A stretch of DNA of 61,934 nucleotides, counting the filler. It is 3 parts of 3 records of this genome, joined end to end, with 100 filler letters (N's around TTAATTAATTAA, not from the genome) between each part and the next. Parts side by side here need not be neighbours in the genome. Positions count along the whole stretch, not along the records: positions 11,712 to 41,614 come from SRR22947725_8622; positions 41,715 to 61,934 come from SRR22947725_8642; 1 more part is not named here. The stretch is one strand, 5' to 3'. Under the pieces are notes generated by a model. The model saw nothing but the letters and a program-made list of their open reading frames with translations. It did not search any database and was not told the DNA's origin. The translations under genes were made by a program, and so were the position numbers. Shown here one piece after another: positions 37,032-47,819 of this stretch. Each line of letters starts with the position of its first letter. Within the stretch, counting starts at the first letter, position 1.

Positions 37032-37751
37032 TTATTTCTGCGGATAGTCCCGAAGAGCGATGACCTTAAAGTTATTTTCTTTGAGGTACTTCATGTATTT
37101 TAGAAAGTTACGTTTAGAGGTGTTCACCCAAGGGTGCTGTATGTCGGGAACGCCATGAAAGGTTAAGATAGGAATATGTTCGTCATCGGCTTGATTGACG
37201 GCCTTTATAAACTCCTCTAACGAACTCCCTGGTTTCCCATCAAATGCCTGGGGTAACAACAAAGCTTGGTCCTTACTTGGAATACTGACTTTCTCTCCAC
37301 CAGCTCGAGCAAACTTATAACCGCGCCCGCTCAGAACCTTAACGGCTTGCTTGGAAGTTTTGTAACCCGGATAACAGAAGGTTACGGGCTTCGGAATACC
37401 GTACTTCATGCACTGTTTTTCTATGTACTCCAAAGAAGCATGAAACTGTGCTACCGTCATTTTTTGGACATTTTTATGACGCCTGGTGTGGTTACCGATT
37501 TCAAAACCCTGATCGTTAAGTTTTTTTATTTCTTCCCAGCTCATATAAAGATCTTTTCGCGTGTGAAAAGAAAAGCCCTCAGTAATAAAAAAGGTGGCGT
37601 TAAAACCATACTCTTTCAGGAGGGGAGCCACAAAAGCGGCCTGACTTTTAACCGAATCGTCAAAAGTCAAAACAACCATTTTTTGAGGTACTTTCGTCTG
37701 ACAGGAAAGAGTCAGTAGAAGTACTGATAACATGAATAATAGTGGCTTCAT
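37032..37751 (-). CDS. Polysaccharide deacetylase (CE4/NodB) lipoprotein
   Basis: LTLSC lipobox; LTFDD, ATFF, EIGNHTRRH, FCYPG, LTFHG. Confidence 0.88.
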   Translation of the reverse strand: MKPLLFMLSVLLLTLSCQTKVPQKMVVLTFDDSVKSQAAFVAPLLKEYGFNATFFITEGFSFHTRKDLYMSWEEIKKLNDQGFEIGNHTRRHKNVQKMTVAQFHASLEYIEKQCMKYGIPKPVTFCYPGYKTSKQAVKVLSGRGYKFARAGGEKVSIPSKDQALLLPQAFDGKPGSSLEEFIKAVNQADDEHIPILTFHGVPDIQHPWVNTSKRNFLKYMKYLKENNFKVIALRDYPQK

Positions 37752-37759
37752 TTTTGAAC

Positions 37760-39196
37760 CTAGCTTAGAATGCCTTTAATGACTTTCGCCGGTTCAACTC
37801 CAGTAAGTTTCTGATCCAGTCCTTGGAATGGGAAGCTCAGTTTGTGATGGTCAATTCCTAACTGATGTAGCATAGTCGCATGCAGGTCGCGAACAGCAAC
37901 GCCATTCTCGACGACATTGTAACTAAAGTCATCAGTCTTTCCGTAGCTTATACCGGGCTTTATGCCACCGCCTGCCAACCAGGCCGTAAAGCATCTTGGG
38001 TGATGATCACGACCATAAACATCACGGCTGAGTTTTCCTTGACCATAAACAGTACGGCCGAATTCACCGGCACAAACGATCAGGGTATCTTCGAGAAGCC
38101 CGCGTTGTTTGAGGTCCTTAATAAGAGCTGCTGCCGGTTGATCGACATCGAAGCACTGACCCGGCAATTTGCTGGGAAGGGTACTGTGATGATCCCAACC
38201 GCGGTGAAAGAGCTGTATGAACCGGACATCGCGCTCTGCCATGCGGCGGGCGAGAAGACAGTTTCTGGCAAAGGAACCCTGTTTGTGAACTTCCGGACCA
38301 TACATTTCAAGGGTGGCTTTAGACTCTCCGGAGATATCGGTTAATTCGGGGACAGAAGTCTGCATGCGAAAGGCCAGTTCTTGCTGAGCTATGGTGGTCT
38401 GTATTTCAGGATCGCCGATTTCGCGATGATGTTTGCGGTTCATTTTGCCGACGGTGTCAAGCATGTCGCGGCGCACTCCTTTAGTGACCCCATCGGGATT
38501 GGATAGAAATAATACCGGGTCACCCGAAGTTTGCAGAGCGGTACCCTGATGTTTGGAAGGCAGGAAACCATTTCCCCAAAGTCGGTTATAAAGAGCCTGG
38601 ACATTGCCTTTACCTCCAGTCCAGAAAGCCGAAGGCATGACGACATAGTCGGGTAGGTTTTTATTCATCGACCCTAGACCGTAACTTAACCAGGAACCCA
38701 TACTTGGTTTTCCTGGCAATTCGTCACCGGTACAAAAGAGTGTTTTACCTGGATCGTGGTTGATAGAGTTGGTGTTCATGGTATTGATCACGCACAGGTC
38801 ATCGGCTACTTTACCAAGGTGAGGAAGAAGCTCACTCATCCAGGTGCCATTTTTACCGTGACGGGAAAACTTATACTTCGAGGGCTGAACCAGTTGTTTC
38901 TTGCCCTTAGTCATCCCGGTGACTCGTTGACCGTTACTGACTGACTTAGGAAGCTCAGTATTAAACAATTTATCGAGGTTAGGTTTGTAGTCAAAGGTGT
39001 CCAACTGACTGGGGCCACCCGCCATAAACAGGAAAATGACTCTTTTAGCTTTGGCTTTGTGATGCAGACCTAATTGAGATGCGCTGGCATTTTGAGGCAG
39101 TAGAGAAGCCAGGGCAGCAGCACCTAGGCCCATGCCGCTATTCATCAGGAAACTGCGACGTGATTGGAGTGTGTTGTGTTCTGTAAAAGGATTCAT
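37760..39196 (-). CDS. DUF1501 family protein with Tat signal (copy 2)
   Basis: [51 protein letters not shown]. Confidence 0.93.
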   Translation of the reverse strand: MNPFTEHNTLQSRRSFLMNSGMGLGAAALASLLPQNASASQLGLHHKAKAKRVIFLFMAGGPSQLDTFDYKPNLDKLFNTELPKSVSNGQRVTGMTKGKKQLVQPSKYKFSRHGKNGTWMSELLPHLGKVADDLCVINTMNTNSINHDPGKTLFCTGDELPGKPSMGSWLSYGLGSMNKNLPDYVVMPSAFWTGGKGNVQALYNRLWGNGFLPSKHQGTALQTSGDPVLFLSNPDGVTKGVRRDMLDTVGKMNRKHHREIGDPEIQTTIAQQELAFRMQTSVPELTDISGESKATLEMYGPEVHKQGSFARNCLLARRMAERDVRFIQLFHRGWDHHSTLPSKLPGQCFDVDQPAAALIKDLKQRGLLEDTLIVCAGEFGRTVYGQGKLSRDVYGRDHHPRCFTAWLAGGGIKPGISYGKTDDFSYNVVENGVAVRDLHATMLHQLGIDHHKLSFPFQGLDQKLTGVEPAKVIKGILS

Positions 39197-39201
39197 CTTG
39201 T

Positions 39202-41614
39202 CTACTCCCTGGTTTTCGTTACATCGAGGTTATATATGGAATTGACCAACATGGTCCAGGCAGCGAGGCTTGCTTTATTTTGAGTGCCTTTCACAGAGGC
39301 GCACAGTTTGTTGGCTTCTTGAGGCATTTGTTTGTACTTGCGTTCAGTCTGCTTGATGAACTCTAAAAGAAGCTGTTCCTCTTGTTGGTCAGGAAGCTGT
39401 GACGTGATGGTCTCATAAATAAATGAAAGTCTCTGTGAATCGGAAAGGCTGACCTGACTTAAGGCCTTGTGGGCCAAATGAGCCGCAGCTTTCATAAATT
39501 CTTTTTCATTCATCAATAATAAGGCCTGTAGCGGTGTGTTTGTCCGCTCACGACGGGCAATACAGGATTCACGATCAGGGGCGTTGAGGATGGTCATCTG
39601 CGGTGGCGCCATGCCTCTTTTCCAAAAGCTGTAGAAACTGCGGCGGTAAATGGCTTCGCCTTGATCAGCGTTATAGATCTTCGGGTAAGAATAAGGCATG
39701 GTGACGGATTTCCAAAGGCCATCTGGTTGTGGCGGTTTCACACTCTTTCCGTACATTTTAGAGGAAAGTAGACCGCTGGTCGCGAGAATTTGATCGCGGA
39801 TCATTTCAGAGTCCATGCGGAAGCGCGAGCCGCGAGCAAGGTGGCGATTTTCGGCGTCATCTTCAAACTCTTTTTTACTGGCAATAGAAGATTGACGGTA
39901 TGTTTTAGACATGACCATATACTTCATCAAAGCTTTGATATTCCAGTCTGATTTTTCAAAGTATGTCGTGAGGTGGTCGAGAAGCTTAGGATGACTAGGA
40001 ACTTCTCCTTGGGCTCCGAAGTCTTCCGAAGTTTTGACTAGGCCAACGCCGAAAAGCTGTTGCCAAAAGCGATTTACGGCAATGCGGCCAGTAAGCGGAT
40101 TGGACTCGATCAGCCAATTAGCGAAATCCATGCGACTGGCAAGGTCATTTTTCTTTTTAAGCGGTGGTAGAAACCCTGGAGTATTTCTTTCAACGACTGC
40201 ACCGAGTTGATCGTACTCGCCCCTTAAAAGGATGTATGAAGGACGCACTTTACTGGCTTCTTTCATGATCATGGCTGCGGGAAACTGAGCTTTAAATGAA
40301 GAGATCTTTTGTGCTTCTTTTTTTAGATTGGCATCAAATTTCTTAAAATCAGCTGCCCACTTTTTCTTTTTCTTTGGGTCCTTTTCTTTCTGGACTTTGT
40401 TATTGAGAGCCGCTCTTTGTTTGTTAAGTATGCTGAGCGCTTGCTGCATGTCAGTCAATTTCTTTTTGTTCTCCTCAGATGAAAGCAAAATATAAGGTTG
40501 TTGGAGTCCTGCTTTGAAATCGAAACCTTTGCGACCACCAGTTGCTGGAGTGCCGTCAAAATTGTTGAAGAAAGCAAATAGGGCAAAGAAATCTTTTTGG
40601 GTAATGGGGTCGTACTTGTGATCGTGACAGAGAGCGCACTGTACGGTGAGTCCCATAAAAGCAGTACCGACGGCAGTCACGCGATCTATGACATTACGGG
40701 TATAACTTTCTTCTTTTAGTTCGGTGCCGCCATCGATAATGCGGTGCAGCCTGTTGAACCCGGAAGCCACCAGCTGGTCTTCAGTGGGCATTTCGTAAAG
40801 GTCACCGGCGAGCTGATAGCGCACAAAATCGTCGTATTTAAGATTGTCGTTGAATGAGCGAATGACCCAGTCGCGGTACGGCGTCATCTCGCGGTAGTGG
40901 TCGTGATGTCGGCCGTTGGTATCGGCAAAGCGCACTAGGTCTAACCAGTACTTGGTCATGTGTTCGCCGTATTGCTTTTGTGCTAAGAGACGGTCAATGA
41001 GACTTTCATAAGCATTTTCACTTTTGTCATTGAGAAAGGTCTGGATATCTTCGCGGCTTGGCGGTAGACCAGTCAAGTCAAATGTAGCGCGACGGATGAG
41101 GCTGCGTTTATCTGCCTCAGGACTTGGCTTAAGGCCTTTTGAGGACATTTTACTCAAAGCAAATAAGTCGATAGGGTGTCGACTCCAAGAAGTTGAAACT
41201 TTAGGCGTTGCTGGTTCAGCTGGCGGCACAAAGGCCCAGAAGTCCTGATACACGGCGCCTTCCTCAATCCATTGTTTGATCAGAGCTTTTTCTTCGGCGG
41301 TAAGTTGCTTTTTGTGGGAGTCAGAAGGAGGCATGACGTCATCTTCATCATCAGTATTTATGCGTTGCCAAACAGTACTTTCTTCAGGAGATCCAGGTTT
41401 TAGTGCAGCCTTACCTTTGCGAAGGCGGTAGGCTCCATCGTGACTATCGGCTAAATCAAGCCTTAGGCTTTTTTTGCGGTCATGTTCATCCGGGCCATGG
41501 CAATGAAAACAACGATCCGAGAGGATAGGGCGAATTTGTTGATTAAAATTTATCTTTTCTTTGGCTCCAAGAGAAGTTAAAAAGAACCTGAATCCGTGAA
41601 AGATTAGATTTTTC
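39202..41614 (-). CDS. PSD1 / planctomycete cytochrome c domain protein, copy 2 (5' end at the contig edge)
   Basis: The frame stays open upstream of the track start (41334) to the contig end: KNLIF...[22 protein letters not shown]. Second heme motif is [13 protein letters not shown]1549/DUF1553 motifs present. Confidence 0.92.
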
Positions 41615-41714
41615 NNNNNNNNNNNNNNNNNNNNNNNNNNNNNNNNNNNNNNNNNNNNTTAATTAATTAANNNNNNNNNNNNNNNNNNNNNNNNNNNNNN
41701 NNNNNNNNNNNNNN
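41615..41714. other. Artificial contig-joining spacer (44 N + TTAATTAATTAA + 44 N)
   Basis: Same design as the first spacer. Confidence 0.98.
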
Positions 41715-41750
41715 CAGGCCGATGATTCCGATTAAGGCGAGGCGCATCAT
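41715..41750 (-). CDS. Probable N-terminal signal-peptide fragment of a gene cut by the contig edge
   Basis: MMRLALIGIIGL begins 7 nt after the yggT stop codon. Confidence 0.4.
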
Positions 41751-41757
41751 GGTATGG

Positions 41758-42354
41758 CTAAAACCCAAAGACCAAGCCTCTTGGCATGTTTAAGAAGGCG
41801 GCAAGAGGTCTTACGAGGAGACTGTTCTCTAATAAGCTTAATCCAATAAAAATAACGATGATGGAAAAGTCTAAGCCGCCCACGGCTGGAATGACCCGCC
41901 GGACGGGCGCACAGATGGGTTCGGTAATTTCTCGGACCAGCTCTAGTGCAGGATTGGCAGAATAGGGCGCAAGCCAACTCGAGATGACCAATATTAACAG
42001 CGCGAAAAAATACAGGTTAAGCACGCTGGCAATGATGGCAACGACTGACCACAGCAAATAAACGGGTGCAAAAGCGATGCCAGTCGCCACCCACATAATC
42101 AAGATAATGCCGATGGCTTGGCAGACCAAGGCTGCCATCATGTTGGCTAAATCAATTCGGCCAAGGATTGGTAGCACACTCCGAAAAGGCGCAATGAGCG
42201 GGTTGGTGGCTTTCACAAGGCCCTGGGCGATCGGGTTGTAATAATTGGCGCGGCTGACTTGCATTAAAAACCGCAAGTTAAGGGCTAAGACAATCAGTCC
42301 TGTCAGGGTTTGGACAACAAAGATCCCGCCATCAGATAAGTAATTCACAATCAA
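41758..42354 (-). CDS. yggT: YggT family membrane protein
   Basis: Two YGGT repeats (NPIAQGLVKATNPL; ITEPICAPVRRVIP...GLDFS); follows proC. Confidence 0.92.
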   Translation of the reverse strand: MIVNYLSDGGIFVVQTLTGLIVLALNLRFLMQVSRANYYNPIAQGLVKATNPLIAPFRSVLPILGRIDLANMMAALVCQAIGIILIMWVATGIAFAPVYLLWSVVAIIASVLNLYFFALLILVISSWLAPYSANPALELVREITEPICAPVRRVIPAVGGLDFSIIVIFIGLSLLENSLLVRPLAAFLNMPRGLVFGF

Positions 42355-42372
42355 TCTCCTGCTCGTTACGGG

Positions 42373-43173
42373 TTAGTGGGCTGATAAGGCTTCCGATCGT
42401 GCTTTGGCGGCCGCGCAGGCCGCGGTCACCAACGCGGTAAAATCAGCTTCGGTTAGCAGGTTGCATGCGGCTTCTGTTGTGCCACCCGGCGAGGTTACCT
42501 GTTGTCGCAAGACATTCGGTGAATGCTCGGAGCCAGCGGCCATGCTTGCAGCGCCCAATGCCGTTTGGACCACTAGGGTGCGGGCTACCGCTGCCTCAAT
42601 CCCAAAAGATTCTGCGGCTGTGATCATGGCCTCCATCAGATAGAAAAAGTAGGCCGGGCCGCTGCCAGAGATTGCGGTGACCGCATCAAGATCTGACTCT
42701 TGATCGAACCAGGTGGTGAGCCCCACGCTGCTCAGGAGATTTTCAACAGCGGCGCAAGTATCGGGATGAACCGATGGGTTTGAAAACAGGCCCATCATTC
42801 CCGTCTTCACAAGCGCTGGGGTATTGGGCATGCAGCGGATGACCCGATCGGTCCCAGACCACTGCGCAATTTGTGCGGTCGAAACGCCTGCTGCGACGCT
42901 GACCAGTGTTTGGCCTTCAAGCGCAGGCTGAAGTTCTTGGCAAACCGTTTCGACCCAATTCGGTTTTACGCAAACCAGAACAATGTCAGCGGTCTTGATG
43001 GCGGAGGCGTTATCGGCCTGCCAGGTCAGCCCCATTGCTGTGGCCAGAGCGCCTTGCGCTGGGCTCGGATCCGAGACGGTGATGCTTTGCGGCGGATAAC
43101 CCGCATCGAGTAGCCCGCCATAGATGGCGAGCGCAATATTGCCGCCGCCGATAAAGGTTAATTGTTGTGTCAT
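42373..43173 (-). CDS. proC: Pyrroline-5-carboxylate reductase
   Basis: FIGGGN, RCMPNTP, TAISGSGPAY, VTSPGGTT. Confidence 0.96.
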   Translation of the reverse strand: MTQQLTFIGGGNIALAIYGGLLDAGYPPQSITVSDPSPAQGALATAMGLTWQADNASAIKTADIVLVCVKPNWVETVCQELQPALEGQTLVSVAAGVSTAQIAQWSGTDRVIRCMPNTPALVKTGMMGLFSNPSVHPDTCAAVENLLSSVGLTTWFDQESDLDAVTAISGSGPAYFFYLMEAMITAAESFGIEAAVARTLVVQTALGAASMAAGSEHSPNVLRQQVTSPGGTTEAACNLLTEADFTALVTAACAAAKARSEALSAH

Positions 43174-43865
43174 CAAGCCTCCTGTTGGCTTTGTCTGGCG
43201 CCGAAGATTGCTGTGCCCACTCGGACCCAGGTTGCGCCGCAGGCAATGGCTGTTTCCAAATCGTCACTCATGCCCATACTGAGTTCTTGAAACTGCGGTA
43301 GGTCAAAATCCGCTTTGATTTGGGCTTGAAGGCCAGCAAGTTCGCTGAAAAACCGATGACGCTCGGACAGATCAAAGGTCGCTGGCGGCATTGCCATAAG
43401 GCCAAGCAGTTGGAGATTTTGGCAGTCCTGCACCCGGGTAACAAGGCTGGGCAACGCTTCTGGGACGACGCCATTTTTCGCGCTTTCATTCACAAGATTG
43501 ACTTGTATATAAGCTTTAAGGGGGGGGCGACCGATGGGGCGTGCATCGTTTAAGCGGCGCGCGACTTTCGCGGAGGCCAAACCATGCACCACGTCAAAAT
43601 GGGTGGCGATATCTTTGGTTTTATTAGACTGAATTTGACCAATAAAATGCCAGGTTGCCTGGGGGTACTGGGCGATTTTTGGCAAGGCGTCTTGCAAGTA
43701 ATTTTCGCCGAAGTCGCGTTGACCCGCATCCAAGGCGGCGGCGACGGCGGACGCAGGTTTGGTTTTCGATACCGCCAGCAAATGAACCGTTGCGGGCGCG
43801 CGACCGGTTTGTAAACACGCTTGGTGGATTTGGGCCCTGATGGCGGATAAATTTTCTGGAATCAC
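43173..43865 (-). CDS. yggS: PLP homeostasis protein YggS
   Basis: LAVSKTK, FGENYLQ, WHFIGQIQSNK, LSMGMSDD, VRVGTAIFG. Confidence 0.96.
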   Translation of the reverse strand: MIPENLSAIRAQIHQACLQTGRAPATVHLLAVSKTKPASAVAAALDAGQRDFGENYLQDALPKIAQYPQATWHFIGQIQSNKTKDIATHFDVVHGLASAKVARRLNDARPIGRPPLKAYIQVNLVNESAKNGVVPEALPSLVTRVQDCQNLQLLGLMAMPPATFDLSERHRFFSELAGLQAQIKADFDLPQFQELSMGMSDDLETAIACGATWVRVGTAIFGARQSQQEA

Positions 43866-43990
43866 GGGCTGGGCGTCGTTTCAAGATGGCGTAACCCATT
43901 GTCGCATACTAAGATGCAGGAACAAGACGGCGCATTGGCTTCATAGCTAAATCATCGAAAAACGTCTCATATTGATCACAAGGACCTCTT

Positions 43991-45028
43991 ATGGACATTA
44001 CCGAACTCCTGGCGTTTAGCCATAAACAGGGAGCTTCCGACATGCATTTGTCTTCCGGACTGCCACCAATGATTCGGGTCGATGGTGACATTCGCCGAAT
44101 CAATGTGCCAGCACTTGATTCGAAAGAAGTCTATGGCCTCATCTACGAGATTATGAATGACAAGCAGCGCAAGGAATTTGAAGAATTTCTAGAGTGTGAT
44201 TTTTCCTTTGAAATCCCAGGGATCGCGCGCTTTAGGGTCAATGCCTACAATCAGAATCGCGGCGCGGCGGGGGTGTTTAGAACCATTCCCTCGAAAGTGT
44301 TAACGATGGATGATTTAGGGATGGGCGAAATTTTTCGTCAAATTGCTCAAAGTACCCGCGGACTGATTACCGTGACGGGGCCAACCGGATCAGGCAAGAG
44401 CACAACGCTTGCAGCGATGATGGATTATGTGAATGCGAATAAGTATGAACATATTTTAACGATTGAAGACCCGATTGAATTCGTCCACGAAAGTAAAAAA
44501 AGCTTGGTGAATCAACGCGAGGTTCACCGAGACACTCTGGGCTTTAATGCCGCGTTGCGCTCGGCCTTGCGTGAGGATCCCGATATTATTTTGGTCGGGG
44601 AAATGCGGGATATGGAAACGATCCGCCTTGCTCTGGAAGCAGCAGAAACCGGTCACGTTGTGTTTGGTACCCTGCACACCTCGTCGGCTGCGAAAACCAT
44701 CGATCGAATTATTGATGTTTTCCCCGCAGCGGAGAAATCCATGGTGCGATCCATGCTCTCGGAATCCCTTCAAGCTGTGATTTCCCAAAATCTGCTGAAA
44801 AAAGTCGGTGGTGGGCGGGTTGCCGCGCATGAAATCATGATCTGCACGCCTGCAATTCGAAACCTGATCCGCGAAGACAAAGTCGCCCAGATGTACTCAG
44901 CGATCCAAACCGGTGGTCAATTGGGGATGCAAACCCTGGATCAATGTTTGAAAGATTTGCTTAAAAAAGGGTTGATCACCAAAGAAGCCGCACAGGCGAA
45001 AGCCAAAACACCGGACGATTTCCGGTAA
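43991..45028 (+). CDS. pilT: Type IV pilus retraction ATPase PilT
   Basis: GPTGSGKSTT, TIEDPIE, LREDPD, AETGH, AIRNLIRE; divergent from yggS. Confidence 0.97.
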   Translation: MDITELLAFSHKQGASDMHLSSGLPPMIRVDGDIRRINVPALDSKEVYGLIYEIMNDKQRKEFEEFLECDFSFEIPGIARFRVNAYNQNRGAAGVFRTIPSKVLTMDDLGMGEIFRQIAQSTRGLITVTGPTGSGKSTTLAAMMDYVNANKYEHILTIEDPIEFVHESKKSLVNQREVHRDTLGFNAALRSALREDPDIILVGEMRDMETIRLALEAAETGHVVFGTLHTSSAAKTIDRIIDVFPAAEKSMVRSMLSESLQAVISQNLLKKVGGGRVAAHEIMICTPAIRNLIREDKVAQMYSAIQTGGQLGMQTLDQCLKDLLKKGLITKEAAQAKAKTPDDFR

Positions 45029-45052
45029 GCGGTGTGCTTGCGTCAATCTAAA

Positions 45053-45454
45053 TTACGCACCGGGCAAGGTCTGGCTAAACCAAGTCTCAAGGATGAGGGC
45101 GGCCGATAAGTCGTCGATGCGAGCGTCAGCCCGGAAGGCTTTGGCTTCAACGCTGCTGAGGCGCTCGTCCATCATTTGATGCGGTCGATTAAACCGACCG
45201 GTTAACCGGCGGGCGAATTTTTCAGCGAGGCGAGATAGCTCACTCGGGTCATCGTTCATATGCAAGGGGAGTCCCACCACAAACAAGCTGGGCTGCCAAG
45301 TCTCTACAAGAACCGCCACCGCGTCCCAATTGGGTTGTCCCTGTTTCGCTTTCAGAATGGTTAGAGGGCTTGCGGTTTGCGTGACCCATTGGCCAACCGC
45401 GACGCCAATATGATGGGTCCCGAAATCGAATGCCAGGATCGGGGCCTTGCTCAT
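45053..45454 (-). CDS. ruvX: YqgF/RuvX pre-16S rRNA nuclease
   Basis: LAFDFGTHHIGVA, VVGLP, DERLSS, SAALILE. Confidence 0.93.
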   Translation of the reverse strand: MSKAPILAFDFGTHHIGVAVGQWVTQTASPLTILKAKQGQPNWDAVAVLVETWQPSLFVVGLPLHMNDDPSELSRLAEKFARRLTGRFNRPHQMMDERLSSVEAKAFRADARIDDLSAALILETWFSQTLPGA

Positions 45455-45981
45455 TGGGGCCTGCCTGGACTTTGCCCCAGCAAGGTTGGGTCAAACCCGA
45501 GCTGTTCTCTGACGAAGGCATAGCGCTCGGATATCGGTTCGTGAAGGAGTAGGCCCGGGTCGACATTGGTCACGAGCCAGTCATCGCCTTGAATCTCACC
45601 CTCTAGCTGTTCTGGCGCCCATCCTGCGTACCCTAAAACAGGGAGCACTAGCAGGTTAGGATCGGTAGTGGGGCAACTGGCGGAGCCTAGGTCTTGGACA
45701 AGGCCGATGTGCGCCGGGTCAGTTTGGTCAGTCCGCAGGGCTAAAAAAAATAGATGATCAATTTGTACGGGCCCTCCTAGCAATACGGCAGATGCTTGAA
45801 GGTGTTCGGGCGCGTCGGGCATCAGGTCTGATAATTGGGTTTTAGCCGGGCGATTCAAGACAAAACCGAAGCTGCCGTCTGAGTTGTTCTCCAGAATGAA
45901 GATGACGCTCTCTTCGAAAAAGCCGCCGAGCATTCTGGGAGAGGCTAGAAGAACACTATGGGTAATAGCTTGCTCTGTCAT
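45451..45981 (-). CDS. yqgE: YqgE/AlgH family protein
   Basis: GFVLNRP, GGPV, LGYAGWAPEQLEGEI. Confidence 0.92.
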   Translation of the reverse strand: MTEQAITHSVLLASPRMLGGFFEESVIFILENNSDGSFGFVLNRPAKTQLSDLMPDAPEHLQASAVLLGGPVQIDHLFFLALRTDQTDPAHIGLVQDLGSASCPTTDPNLLVLPVLGYAGWAPEQLEGEIQGDDWLVTNVDPGLLLHEPISERYAFVREQLGFDPTLLGQSPGRPQ

Positions 45982-46769
45982 GGCTGCACGTTAACGGATC
46001 CAGCATTTTTACGGAACTGCCAGGTTCGAACGATCTCTAAGACATCGGTCGTTTTTAAAAGCGCCTCAGAAAAAGGTGGAAATGGCTCTGATAAGCGAAT
46101 GATGTTTTGCGCAGCTTGGTCAAGAATCGGCTCGCCACTGCTCTGTAGAACGCGTACCTCTTTTAAAGAGCCGTTGGCGTTGATGGCCACCAGAAGCCGA
46201 AGGCTCCCATAAATACCGCCGCGTCTTGCGGCTTCCGGGTAATTCAGGTTGCCGACAGCTTCGATTTTGCGTTGCCAAGATCGCAGGTAAAAAGCATCGG
46301 GACTGGCAGCAGCATTGACCTGGGAGAGTCGCCGAACCCGACTGGGCTCACGCGGCATCAAGGCCTCAGAATTCTGGGCTCGCCGAAACTGCGAGACATC
46401 TGTTATCAGCCTTTGAAACGCTGTTGGCGCTGGGTTTAAGGCCGCCTGCGTCGGCTCGAAGGCGTTGGGGTCAGTTTGCGCGGCGCTTGAAGGCGCCATC
46501 CTTGGCTCTGATAAAGCTGTTAAGGCCGCACCGGCCTCAGGTTTCTCGGCCAGCGGTTTACCGTGTTGGTTTTGATCGGATAAATAATCGAATTGATCTG
46601 GCCGAGGCGTGCTGGGCACCCGAGTCAGCGTCACGTCCAGAACGCGACTGGGCGTCTCAGAGGGTTCCTGCGAAAACGAGATGCCAAGAATGAGTATCCC
46701 GTGTAGGACAACGGCCAGAAAGAGCGCAAAGCCCATTCTATCGGAGTCAAGGGCGCTCAGGGTTCGCAT
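45978..46769 (-). CDS. Energy transducer TonB family protein
   Basis: N-terminal TM with LHG; C-terminal GNLNYP...SSGEPILDQAA...IVRTWQF; located between gshB and yqgE. Confidence 0.88.
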   Translation of the reverse strand: MRTLSALDSDRMGFALFLAVVLHGILILGISFSQEPSETPSRVLDVTLTRVPSTPRPDQFDYLSDQNQHGKPLAEKPEAGAALTALSEPRMAPSSAAQTDPNAFEPTQAALNPAPTAFQRLITDVSQFRRAQNSEALMPREPSRVRRLSQVNAAASPDAFYLRSWQRKIEAVGNLNYPEAARRGGIYGSLRLLVAINANGSLKEVRVLQSSGEPILDQAAQNIIRLSEPFPPFSEALLKTTDVLEIVRTWQFRKNAGSVNVQP

Positions 46770-46774
46770 CGGTC

Positions 46775-47722
46775 TTAAGGCAGTCTCGAGGCGAGATGAT
46801 CAAGATAATCACCGGCAATATCGAGTCCTTCGCTGGCGTCGAGCTCCCGAATACAGGTTGGGCAGGTCACGTTGATCTCCGTGAGGTAATCACCGATGAC
46901 ATCGATCCCAACGAAAACGAGCCCCTTGTCTCGCAGCACCGGCCCGACCTGATCGCAGATCCACCGGTCTCGGTCCGTCAGCGGTCGTGCAACGCCACTA
47001 CCGCCGGCTGCAAGATTGCCTCGGGTTTCACCGGCCGATGGGATGCGCGCAAGACCAAAGGCCACCGGTTCACCGTCGATCAGCAGGATCCGGGTATCGC
47101 CTTGGCTAATTTCTGGAAGATAACGCTGGGCCATGATCTTCTGCTGACCGAGTTGGGTGAGCGTTTCAATAATGACATTGCGGTTGGTATCCCCTTCCTG
47201 GATCCTAAAAATTGAGGCGCCGCCCATGCCATCCAAGGGCTTTAAAATAACGTCACCGTGTTCTTCTTGAAAGCTGCGGAGTTGGTCTGCCTCGGAGGTC
47301 ACAATTAAGTCAGGGATACAGTTCGAAAATTGCAGAGCAAACAATTTTTCGTTGCAATCCCGGATGCTCCCCGGACGGTTAAAGACCGGCACCCCAGCGC
47401 GCTCTGCAAACTCAAGGAGATAAGTGGCGTAGATGTAATCCATATTAAATGGGGGGTCTTTCCGCATCAGGATGGCATCAAATGCTTCAGGCCCGCCTTC
47501 TTGGTCGCTGACCACGTCATAGTAGTGCCTGGGATCATCTTGAACGGTAATGGTTTGATACCGAGCCCAAAATTGGTCTTGCCGAAGGCTTAAATTGGGC
47601 AGGGTCATCACGGAAACCCGCCATCCCTTGCGGGCCGCGGCGAGCATCATCGCAAAGGTGCTGTCTTTCTTAGGGTTAATGGTATCGATGGGATCCATCA
47701 CGATCCCGATATGTCGGCTCAA
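46775..47722 (-). CDS. gshB: Glutathione synthetase
   Basis: MDPI...KKDST, MRKDPPF, KPLDGMGG, RGNLAAGG, TEINVT. Confidence 0.97.
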   Translation of the reverse strand: MSRHIGIVMDPIDTINPKKDSTFAMMLAAARKGWRVSVMTLPNLSLRQDQFWARYQTITVQDDPRHYYDVVSDQEGGPEAFDAILMRKDPPFNMDYIYATYLLEFAERAGVPVFNRPGSIRDCNEKLFALQFSNCIPDLIVTSEADQLRSFQEEHGDVILKPLDGMGGASIFRIQEGDTNRNVIIETLTQLGQQKIMAQRYLPEISQGDTRILLIDGEPVAFGLARIPSAGETRGNLAAGGSGVARPLTDRDRWICDQVGPVLRDKGLVFVGIDVIGDYLTEINVTCPTCIRELDASEGLDIAGDYLDHLASRLP

Positions 47723-47819
47723 GGGTCTCTCCGGTGATCAGGCTGGTGTAGTATAACCTGTTGTCGCGACTCGAAACATGAGCCCCATTTTGGCCGACCT
47801 TACGGCCCGCAGATTCTGC

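Noticed and set aside
11712-41614. Low-GC region as a horizontally acquired genomic island
   Set aside because: Boundaries coincide with artificial spacers, edge genes are cut, and no integrase, tRNA or direct repeats are present.
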